From Candidatus Saccharimonadota bacterium (GTDB lineage: Bacteria > Patescibacteriota > Saccharimonadia > Saccharimonadales > Saccharimonadaceae): 32,000 nt of DNA. Below are positions 17,105 through 24,258 of the stretch, piece by piece (positions within the stretch are counted from its first letter, which is position 1; each line of letters begins with the position of its first letter). Under the pieces are notes generated by a model. The model had not been told where the DNA came from. It searched no databases and saw only the letters and a list, made by a program, of their open reading frames with translations. A program made the position numbers and the translations under genes. The stretch lies in contig JBDSDX010000001.1 of the NCBI GenBank assembly GCA_039920285.1, forward strand, positions 750,001 through 782,000, in the 5' to 3' direction.

Positions 17105-19453
17105 TTATGATTCTGCGTTGCGGCGACGAATCGCTGCAATGATTGCCCAGATGATGCCAGCGGCACCAGCAAGGATCAAGAGCCACCAGTACCAAGCGAG
17201 TCCGAAGATTGAACCGCTTGCATCAGTGTTAATACTCGCAGTCTTGTCATCAGTTGTGCCCTTTACGGCGCTATCGTCAGATGCTTTGTTTGAAGTGTTG
17301 TCGGTTGTTGCACCGAGGACAGCAGATTGAGCAACGATCTGAGGAGTTACTGTCGCAGTTGTCGTTGTCGTTGCAGGTGTGTTTGTCTGAGGATTCGCTG
17401 GAACAATGACCGTCGTTGCAATGACCAAGTTTGCAGTATCAGTACTTGTGTTCCCTGCTGTATCTTCAGCAGTTACTTCAAGAGTATAGGTGTTATCAGC
17501 GAGAGGTGTGGTGAATGTGTATGACCATGTTCCGTCACCATTATTAGTCGCGACTACTGGTGTACCGCCATCAACCGTCAAGGTTACTGTTGCAGTAGTG
17601 TCGTCTACAGTACCAGTAATAGTTGGGGTGTTTGATGTGTCAGTGATTGGGTTGAATGCAACGGTTGGTGCGGTGTTGTCAGCTTCGAATGTGAAGCCAG
17701 CTGTTTGACCAATGTTGCCAGCTTTATCATGTGCAACTAAGTACGCAGTGTAGCTACCAGTTGGAAGTCCGGCTAGATTAACTGAGCCGATAACTCCACC
17801 AGGTTGTCCATTTACAGTTGGAGCAAACGCTGATTGGAATGGTGTTCCTGCAGCCCATGCTGTCTGGCATAGTCCGTCACGGATTCCTACTTCACCACCG
17901 GCATTCGTTACGTAACAGTAGTAGTAGTTAAAGTTTGTGTCAGTTGCGATACCGTTAATAGTCGCGATGCCTTGATTGACTGAAACGCCTGAGATCGAAA
18001 CGGTTGGGTTAGTTGCGTCGTAAGTATAATGAACTGGATTACTCCAAGCACTGTAGTTGCCAGCGTTGTCCATCGAATGAACACGAATCGTGACACCACC
18101 TTGCTCACCAAGACTTGGTGAGTGGTTTCGAGATGTTGTTGCACCGCTTACGTCACGGTAAGGACCGCCAGCAAAGGTGTGTCCATCGTCGTAGATGTAT
18201 TCAACTTGGTATTTGTTAATCCCATTTGCGTCAGTTGAAGCACTCCATGAGTTTGTGATCGGAGTTGTCTTAAAGAACTGTTCTGCTGATGGGGTTGAGA
18301 TAACTGGAGTTGATGGAAGCGTGTTGTCGAGCTTAAATGCAACCGAGTAGTTAAGGTCGCTATGATTGCCTGCTTTGTCGTAAGCAATTAAGTGAGCTTC
18401 ATAGTTGCCATCGCTCAGTCCTGAAACATCAACGGTTCCAAGTGTGCCGTTTGAGACATCGTGCCAAGTGGTAACACAGTTACCGTCTCGAACACCAACT
18501 TCTGAACTACCTGGAAGTGAAAGGTAGCAGTAATAATAGTTGAAGTCTGTTTCATCAGTTGCTGACCCCATGATCGTTACAGTGTTACCGCTCACAATTT
18601 GTCCAGCGAGGTTGGTAATAGTTGCAACTGGTGCGGTGGTGTCTACTGGAGTTGCAGTCACCTGGAAAGCAACAGTTCCGTAGCCAGGATATGCTTCATA
18701 TGCAGCAAAAGTACCGTAGCCTTCATTCCAATCAGCGTCAGCGTACGCGTCATTAACATTGCTGTCAGCACCAACAGAGACGGCTTGATAGTCTGGGAAA
18801 GTGATATTAAGTGAATCATATGGACCAGTGACACCGATTGGGGCGTCTCCACGGGTGTTAGTATCATATTCAACACCAAGAACAATTTCATTAGGAAGCG
18901 TAACGTTGAGATTACTTAGGTCAAACGTAGCATTAAATGCAAGTCCACTGAAGTCATAACAAGTGCCATCAACTTTCCATCCATTGCCGTTGCTGGTTGT
19001 ACCACAACTAGGATCGCTTTCGCCGCGCCAAGGAATTGAAACATTTTGTTCTTTAGTTGCGAGAAGATTTAAACTTGTGTCATATACGTTCATCTTGATT
19101 GGGTGAGACCAGCTTTCGGTATTGCCACTGTATCGAGCATCTGAAGCGTATGTTGAGTATTTAGCCCAGTTCGACATTGTTACAGTAACAGTATTAAGCA
19201 TACGGTTTGAGCCACCGAGCTGTACTTGGTCACCAAATTCTTTAATTGAATGTGCTTGAAGCCCATAGCTTGGATAGTTAGTTGAAGGAACAACACTCGG
19301 AAGTGCGTCATATACAACCGCCGACGACAGAGCGCTCGCACTTTTAGATATAATAAAAGGCCCCGCAGCGGCAGCCAATGTGCTTAGTACCAACGCTAGC
19401 GCAAAGCTAATATTAGTAACTCGTTTATATACTCTATTAGACATCACACTCAT
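17105..19453 (-). CDS. Large secreted, C-terminally membrane-anchored surface protein with Ig-like/FN3-like repeats (putative adhesin)
   Basis: AGAGGAGA Shine-Dalgarno before the ATG at 19453 (MSVMSNR). Signal peptide ISFALALVLSTLAAAAGPFIISKSASA. Repeated D-x-AGN domain endings (DKAGN, DNAGN, DKAGN, DTAGN), a Thr-rich linker and the terminal TM LAWYWWLLILAGAAGIIWAIIAAI followed by RRRN. The ORF track extends to 19480. Confidence 0.8.
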   Translation of the reverse strand: MSVMSNRVYKRVTNISFALALVLSTLAAAAGPFIISKSASALSSAVVYDALPSVVPSTNYPSYGLQAHSIKEFGDQVQLGGSNRMLNTVTVTMSNWAKYSTYASDARYSGNTESWSHPIKMNVYDTSLNLLATKEQNVSIPWRGESDPSCGTTSNGNGWKVDGTCYDFSGLAFNATFDLSNLNVTLPNEIVLGVEYDTNTRGDAPIGVTGPYDSLNITFPDYQAVSVGADSNVNDAYADADWNEGYGTFAAYEAYPGYGTVAFQVTATPVDTTAPVATITNLAGQIVSGNTVTIMGSATDETDFNYYYCYLSLPGSSEVGVRDGNCVTTWHDVSNGTLGTVDVSGLSDGNYEAHLIAYDKAGNHSDLNYSVAFKLDNTLPSTPVISTPSAEQFFKTTPITNSWSASTDANGINKYQVEYIYDDGHTFAGGPYRDVSGATTSRNHSPSLGEQGGVTIRVHSMDNAGNYSAWSNPVHYTYDATNPTVSISGVSVNQGIATINGIATDTNFNYYYCYVTNAGGEVGIRDGLCQTAWAAGTPFQSAFAPTVNGQPGGVIGSVNLAGLPTGSYTAYLVAHDKAGNIGQTAGFTFEADNTAPTVAFNPITDTSNTPTITGTVDDTTATVTLTVDGGTPVVATNNGDGTWSYTFTTPLADNTYTLEVTAEDTAGNTSTDTANLVIATTVIVPANPQTNTPATTTTTATVTPQIVAQSAVLGATTDNTSNKASDDSAVKGTTDDKTASINTDASGSIFGLAWYWWLLILAGAAGIIWAIIAAIRRRNAES
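17681..18016 (-). repeat. Protein-level repeat copy 2 (aa about 489-600)
   Basis: TDTNFNYYYCYVTNAGGEVGIRDGLCQTAW, GLPTGSYTAYLVAHDKAGN. It has the same motif order as copy 1. Confidence 0.7.
18326..18640 (-). repeat. Protein-level repeat copy 1 (aa about 281-385 of the ORF-track numbering)
   Basis: TDETDFNYYYCYLSLPGSSEVGVRDGNCVTTW, GLSDGNYEAHLIAYDKAGN. Confidence 0.7.
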
Positions 19454-19582
19454 CGCGCAGATTCTCCTCTTAACGACCATCCACCGATCGACTAGTTAAT
19501 TCATACAACTCTCAACTTTTGTATTTTTCTTAACTCTACCACTAATCGTCCTGCTTGACAATAGACACGTATAATTGAACGC

Positions 19583-19765
19583 TATGACTTACTTTCTATG
19601 TTTTAAGTGGGGGGAATAAAAAATCTCGACCAAGAGTGGTCGAAATATAAAGATACGGTTGTGCATCGGTAAAACGGTATTCCCTCACAAAAATATATAT
19701 ATTTTTGCTCCTCGCAGGATGGGTCATCTTCGGATGTTACGCAGTTTCGTAACGTTTCTTTATTA
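19583..19765. ncRNA. Candidate structured RNA or long 5' leader in the 317-bp intergenic region (strand unresolved)
   Basis: Four structural elements lie here: a long-range helix pairing 19607-19618 with 19678-19688, a hairpin at 19626-19643, a C(UUCG)G hairpin at 19725-19736 on the plus strand, and a hairpin at 19736-19753. No convincing ORF is present. Confidence 0.35.
19618..19643 (-). terminator. Terminator-like hairpin plus U-run inside the intergenic region
   Basis: The minus strand reads TCGACCA ctct TGGTCGA ga TTTTTT. It lies about 120 nt downstream of the orphan TGGTATAAT box and about 165 nt upstream of the surface-protein ATG. Confidence 0.45.
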
Positions 19766-19770
19766 TACCA
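19762..19770 (-). promoter_or_regulatory. Orphan extended -10 element TGGTATAAT with no start codon 7-12 nt downstream
   Basis: The fourth exact copy of the 9-mer. It sits 28 nt downstream of the zincin gene stop and points into the intergenic region. Confidence 0.45.
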
Positions 19771-19797
19771 CGAGCACGTTGAGAACTACAAAGTTGT

Positions 19798-20190
19798 TCA
19801 ATCTTTTTTCGGGTGGTGTCTGCCTTCGAGTTTATGGATACGATCGTGATCCAATCCGTAGTAATGGGCAATCTCGTGCCACAGTGTTCGTTTGATTTGT
19901 TCAAAGAAACTCGCTTCGTCGTGGGATACCGTCATGATTGCCCATTTAAATAAAGTGATTTTGTCTGGCAAGACAAAGGTATATCCAGCACCACGTTTGG
20001 TGAGTGGAATGCCTTCATATAATCCGAGGAGTAAGTTACCTTCCCTGAGACCGGCTTTCTTTGCTTGATACTGATCGGGCTCATCGGCGTAGACAATGGC
20101 GACATTTACTAAGCCTTTAATGTACTCTTGAGGCAACTCGTCCATAGCACGGGTGATAAGTTGATCGAAGGCTTGGTCAGTGATTTCCAT
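19798..20190 (-). CDS. Minimal zincin-like metallopeptidase family protein (130 aa)
   Basis: C-terminal TLWHEIAHYYGLDHD contains HExxH. The size and N-terminal pattern fit the small DUF1025/Zincin_1-type proteins. Confidence 0.75.
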   Translation of the reverse strand: MEITDQAFDQLITRAMDELPQEYIKGLVNVAIVYADEPDQYQAKKAGLREGNLLLGLYEGIPLTKRGAGYTFVLPDKITLFKWAIMTVSHDEASFFEQIKRTLWHEIAHYYGLDHDRIHKLEGRHHPKKD

Positions 20191-20214
20191 TACTATAATA
20201 AGTATAGCTTATTA

Positions 20215-20409
20215 TTACTTGCCTGAGAAGTTCAAAGGATCTTTTTGGAGGTCTTGGATGACCTTATCCCATGATTCGTTGAGTGTTTGCTCGTCGATAT
20301 CATTTTTAAGATCGATCGTTTCGTCGGCTGCGTATTCATCGAGATCACTGGTAGTGCCGTCATCTCGCGGGTCGACTGGTTGTAGCTGGAGGTAGTTGTA
20401 AATTGACAT
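20215..20409 (-). CDS. Hypothetical small acidic protein (64 aa)
   Basis: 16 of 64 residues are D/E. It lies directly upstream of the zincin gene on the same strand. No motif recognised. Confidence 0.45.
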   Translation of the reverse strand: MSIYNYLQLQPVDPRDDGTTSDLDEYAADETIDLKNDIDEQTLNESWDKVIQDLQKDPLNFSGK

Positions 20410-20489
20410 ATTTTTTTGTGTTAAATAATAACTGAAGCTATTTAAGCATAAACGACATTAAATGTCAACAGTCTTCCCTCTCCGCCGAG

Positions 20490-20498
20490 TGCTATACT
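20490..20498 (+). promoter_or_regulatory. Extended -10 element TGCTATACT, 7 nt upstream of the ATG at 20506
   Basis: TGCTATACT aggcttc ATG. It is nearly identical to the ftsA upstream sequence GCTATACT tagcttc ATG. Confidence 0.5.
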
Positions 20499-20505
20499 AG
20501 GCTTC

Positions 20506-21177
20506 ATGAAGAATACATCTATAACACGAAACATTACGGGAATAATTATTATCGTTATTGGCGTCGTTGCCATCATAAGTATCATTGGTTCTTTTGACTT
20601 TGGTGCCATATTTAGCGTCTGGTGGCCAATTCTAGTAATCATCGGCGGACTATTGATATATATGAACGATCGACGTCAATTACTATGGAGTATCCTCTTA
20701 GCAGTTATCGGTACTCTCTTCCTTATTGATAGTCTCGACCTCGCCAACTACGCTGTGTGGAATCTGGTGTGGCCAATCTTGATTATTGGGGTTGGTGCGT
20801 CAATCTTAATGAATAAAACAGGGACAAAGCTCAAACCAAATAGTGCAGATACGACGACGATCTCAGCACTATTATCTGGTAGTGATATTAAGAATCATTC
20901 TGAAAATTATAAAGGCGGTAACCTTTCTTCGATCCTCGGAGGCATCAACATCGACCTGCGCGATGCAACAATGAAAGGCACTTCTACGTTGAATGTGTTC
21001 GTGTTTATGGGCGGTATCGAACTGTATGTCCCGAAAGGTTGGAAGATTCAATCAAATGTGACGTCTATACTTGGTGGTGTCGATGGTCGAGCTCTGGAAG
21101 CACCAACTGAAAAGAATTGCCCTACACTTGTGATAACTGGTGATGTTATGCTTGGCGGCATCAACATTAAACACTAG
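20506..21177 (+). CDS. LiaF-like / cell-wall-active-antibiotic response domain membrane protein
   Basis: Four N-terminal TM helices are followed by the C-terminal repeat pattern LSSILGGINIDLRDA, VFVFMGGIELYVPKGW, TSILGGVDGR, GDVMLGGINIK. Confidence 0.75.
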   Translation: MKNTSITRNITGIIIIVIGVVAIISIIGSFDFGAIFSVWWPILVIIGGLLIYMNDRRQLLWSILLAVIGTLFLIDSLDLANYAVWNLVWPILIIGVGASILMNKTGTKLKPNSADTTTISALLSGSDIKNHSENYKGGNLSSILGGINIDLRDATMKGTSTLNVFVFMGGIELYVPKGWKIQSNVTSILGGVDGRALEAPTEKNCPTLVITGDVMLGGINIKH

Positions 21178-24035
21178 GCCTTTCGAAGTTTGATTCGGAT
21201 TTCTGCACCGTCGATCGTGACGGTGCTTTCATATGCATCACCGGTAACACCAGTGCTGGTTGCGAGGGTTTCATGAGTGATTTCATCATTAAACTCATCT
21301 GTAGCTTTTTGTAAGTCTTCATTCTCAGTGGTGAGCGAAAGCTCGATGCGATCATCGACATTAAGACCGGCGTCTTTACGAGCGGCTTGAACATAGCGAA
21401 TGATTTCACGAGCGAGACCTTCGCGTTTCAGTGCTGGGGTAATCTCAAAGTCGAGCGCTAATGTCTCACCGACAACTACCTTCTTCACATTTAATTCTTC
21501 TGTCAGGATGTCCTCAAAATTCACAAACTTACCGAGGGTCGGAACAGTGAGCTGTGCGAGTGGCTGACGGATTTTCATACCATTAGCAGCACGAAGGCTC
21601 AATGCTTGATTGACGTATTCACGGACAGTTTCCATGTCTTTCACGACGAGTTCATTGACGTGTCCGACCTCTGGCCAATCGGTCAGGTGAACGCTCTCTT
21701 CGCCGGTGAGGTTTCGGTAAAGTTCTTCGGCCAGGAATGGCACAAATGGCGCGATCGCTTGGCTCAAACGAACCAGCACGTAATGAAGAGTGCGGTACGC
21801 GTTGTTCTTGTCGGTGTCGTCTTCACTCTTCCAGAAACGACGACGTGAACGACGGACATACCAGTTACTGGCGTCGTCGATAAACGGCAGAATTGGTTTC
21901 ATAGCACTAGCGACGTCGTAGATATCGAGGTTCTTTTCGATGTCTTCAATCAGTTGGTGGATGCGGCTAACGATCCATTGATCAAGTGGGTTTTCGAGTG
22001 ATTCTGAAGGGTCTTTCAGTTCCCCGTCGAATTCCCAGCCATCAACATCGGCATACATCGTAAAGAAGTCGTACATATTCCAGATCATACTGAGCTTCCG
22101 TGCAACATCACCCACTTCTTTATCTTGAAGTGCGAAGTCTTCACCTGAAAGTAATGGGCTTGAAAGCAAGAGGAAGCGTAGGCTATCGGCGCTAAATTTA
22201 TCCATGAGTTCATTTGGATCGGTGAAATTACCGAGACTTTTACTCATCTTACGGCCATCGTTACCGGCAACATTTCCCGTCACAATCACATTTTTGTAGG
22301 CATTATGACCAAAGAGACCAACGTTCACGGCATGAACGTAATAGAACCAAGCGCGAACTTGGCCAATATATTCGACGATGAAATCGCCTGGGAAATTTTG
22401 TTCGAATTTTTCGACATTTTCGAATGGATAATGGAACTGCGCAAATGGCATCGAGCCTGATTCAAACCAGCAGTCGAGGACTTTATCGATGCGAGTGTAA
22501 TGCACACCGTCGAGATCAAATTCGATATCGTCAACCCATGGACGGTGATAATCTTCGAGTTCGACACCACTGAGTTCTTTGAGTTCGGCATAGCTACCAA
22601 CGACTTTAATGTGTTCGTTGCCGTCGTCATCTTTCCCCTTCCAGACAGGCATTGCGGTCGCCCAGAAACGGTCACGTGACAAGTTCCAGTCTGGTGCGGT
22701 TTCGACAGTTTTTTGAAACCGTCCGTGTTTAATGTGTTCGGGAAACCAGTTGATATGCTCTGAGTTTTCTTCGAGCATTTCTGTGCGCTGTCCGTCGACA
22801 TCCATAAACCAACTTGGGTGGGCGCGGTACATGAGGCGATGGCCGGTACGTGGGTTGTGTGGATATTCGTGGCGAATATAGTCAATCTTCCAAACCATGC
22901 CTTGTTCAAGTAATGTCTTGGCAATAAGTTTGTTGTTTTCCCACACTTCGAGGCCTTCCCATGGACCTTGATTGTAGATGCCATATTCATCGAGCACGTG
23001 CGCAACAGGAATCCCCTTCGCTTTCGCGAGTTCGAAGTCCTCTTCGCCGTAAGCTGGCGCAAGGTGAACGATACCCGTTCCTGATTCGGTCGTAACATAG
23101 TCAGCGGCCCAAATCTTGTGAGCATTTTCACCACGGTCTTCAAATAATGGCTCGTATGATTTACCTATTAAATCTTCACCTGAGATGGCGCGAATGATTT
23201 TGTATTGTAAGACTTGGTGTTTTTCATCGGTGAGGACCGTATTTAGTAAGTCCTTGGCCATAATAAAGTGTTCGCCGTCGAGCTCGATCTCGGCGTATTG
23301 AACATCTGGATTGACTGCAAGACCAGTGTTTCCAGGCAGTGTCCACGGTGTCGTTGTCCACGCAAGGAGTGAAACATCCTCGTCGACAAGTTTAAATTTC
23401 ACATAGACACTCGGGTCAGTCACTTCGACGTACGCACCAGCGTCCATCGTGACTTCAGCCTTTGAGAGTGGTGTTGCCCACTTGGTGTCATACATAAGAA
23501 CGCGTTCACCTTCATAGATCTTGTTCTTTTCATACAACTGTTTAAACGCCCACCAAACCGATTCCATGTAATCTTTGTCCATGGTTTTGTAGGCACCCTT
23601 GAAATCAACCCAGCGACCAATACGATCGATGGTGTGTTCCCATAGGTCGCCAGTTTCGATCATACTCTCGCGAGCAGTCGTGATGTATTCTTCTAAACTA
23701 ATCCGAGTACCGATTTCATGACGATCAGTAATGCCGAGTTTCTTTTCAACAAAGTTTTCAGCTGGCAGCCCATGCGTATCCCAGCCCCATACGCGTTCGA
23801 CGTGCTTTCCTTTCATCGTTTGATATCGAGGAATGGCATCTTTGACGACACTCGAAAGGAGTGTGCCGTGGTGCGGGACACCGGTAATAAATGGCGGACC
23901 ATCATAAAAGACATACGAATTATCGCTCGGTCGATTAGCAATCGACTTCTCAAACGTCTGATTATCTTTCCAATATTGGATGATGTCTTTTTCGTATTCG
24001 GCGGCACGGCGACGGGTATTGGCTTTAAATTTCAT
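21174..24035 (-). CDS. ileS: Isoleucyl-tRNA synthetase (type 2, eukaryote-like architecture)
   Basis: FYDGPPFITGVPHHGTLL (HIGH region), WGWDTHGLPAE, KMSKSLGN. I prefer the ATG at 24035 (MKFKANT) because AAAGGA lies 5 nt upstream. The ORF track extends to 24053. Confidence 0.93.
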   Translation of the reverse strand: MKFKANTRRRAAEYEKDIIQYWKDNQTFEKSIANRPSDNSYVFYDGPPFITGVPHHGTLLSSVVKDAIPRYQTMKGKHVERVWGWDTHGLPAENFVEKKLGITDRHEIGTRISLEEYITTARESMIETGDLWEHTIDRIGRWVDFKGAYKTMDKDYMESVWWAFKQLYEKNKIYEGERVLMYDTKWATPLSKAEVTMDAGAYVEVTDPSVYVKFKLVDEDVSLLAWTTTPWTLPGNTGLAVNPDVQYAEIELDGEHFIMAKDLLNTVLTDEKHQVLQYKIIRAISGEDLIGKSYEPLFEDRGENAHKIWAADYVTTESGTGIVHLAPAYGEEDFELAKAKGIPVAHVLDEYGIYNQGPWEGLEVWENNKLIAKTLLEQGMVWKIDYIRHEYPHNPRTGHRLMYRAHPSWFMDVDGQRTEMLEENSEHINWFPEHIKHGRFQKTVETAPDWNLSRDRFWATAMPVWKGKDDDGNEHIKVVGSYAELKELSGVELEDYHRPWVDDIEFDLDGVHYTRIDKVLDCWFESGSMPFAQFHYPFENVEKFEQNFPGDFIVEYIGQVRAWFYYVHAVNVGLFGHNAYKNVIVTGNVAGNDGRKMSKSLGNFTDPNELMDKFSADSLRFLLLSSPLLSGEDFALQDKEVGDVARKLSMIWNMYDFFTMYADVDGWEFDGELKDPSESLENPLDQWIVSRIHQLIEDIEKNLDIYDVASAMKPILPFIDDASNWYVRRSRRRFWKSEDDTDKNNAYRTLHYVLVRLSQAIAPFVPFLAEELYRNLTGEESVHLTDWPEVGHVNELVVKDMETVREYVNQALSLRAANGMKIRQPLAQLTVPTLGKFVNFEDILTEELNVKKVVVGETLALDFEITPALKREGLAREIIRYVQAARKDAGLNVDDRIELSLTTENEDLQKATDEFNDEITHETLATSTGVTGDAYESTVTIDGAEIRIKLRKA

Positions 24036-24053
24036 GATTGTCCTTTTTAACAT

Positions 24054-24245
24054 AAAAAATCACTGCTTTTGTCTGTCAGAACCCTTTTTCAAGGGCGGTA
24101 CCATCTGACTTCCAAAAGAAGTGATTCTTTTAGCGCTTGGTTGTCGCTTTATCGCAGCGGATCGCGTTCGGTTCTACTTTCTCTTCGATTTCTTCCGAAA
24201 ACTCGTGGCTGATAACCACTCAAACGTTCTACAGTTTATTTTACT
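24054..24245 (-). promoter_or_regulatory. T-box-like leader with an Ile (AUC) specifier upstream of ileS
   Basis: On the minus strand, AGAGUA near the 5' end is followed by GAA-AUC-G (AUC is plus-strand 24187-24189). Next comes GUCAGA [UGGUACCG bulge] CCCUU GAAA AAGGG U UCUGAC (24075-24109), which has antiterminator-like architecture. This is nested in a longer helix (24061-24126) that ends in U6. Confidence 0.6.
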
Positions 24246-24258
24246 CTTTCAACGAGCT

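Noticed and set aside
17105-19453. Possibility that the surface protein is a diversity-generating retroelement target
   Set aside because: There is no reverse transcriptase gene, no template-repeat/variable-repeat nucleotide pair and no C-type-lectin-like C-terminus in the window. The two repeat copies are diverged at the nucleotide level.
19555-19575. Plus-strand TTGACA ... TATAAT pair that looks like a perfect sigma-70 promoter
   Set aside because: The two hexamers are only 9 nt apart rather than about 17, so they cannot function together. The TATAAT alone could still serve a plus-strand RNA, which is noted under the intergenic finding.
19651-19725. 44-codon minus-strand ORF (MTHPARSKNIYIFVREYRF...) downstream of the orphan promoter
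   Set aside because: It has no Shine-Dalgarno, reads straight through the 20-nt palindrome and the terminator hairpin, and has an implausible sequence.
19659-19895. 78-aa plus-strand ORF crossing the intergenic region into the zincin gene
   Set aside because: It has no ribosome-binding site, overlaps the zincin gene antisense, and covers the palindromic and hairpin region. It is more likely non-coding.
20195-20215. Inverted repeat ATAATAAG tatag CTTATTAT as a possible dif/Xer recombination site
   Set aside because: Its arms and 5-nt spacer do not match the 11-6-11 dif architecture or its conserved ATAA/TTAT-flanked core well enough. It is more simply an AT-rich spacer containing a -10 box.
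22325-23143. 272-aa minus-strand ORF inside ileS, and similar nested ORFs (2149-2622, 4624-4893, 25545-25853, 17908-18387)
   Set aside because: These are alternative frames of well-supported genes. Their compositions are biased (Ser/Thr/Lys/Gln-rich) and they carry no motifs.
24095-24103. Reading the GGTACC-centred T-box core on the plus strand
   Set aside because: GGTACC is palindromic, but the plus strand has no downstream gene. The specifier, the antiterminator-like helix, the U-run and the Shine-Dalgarno are coherent only on the minus strand leading into ileS.
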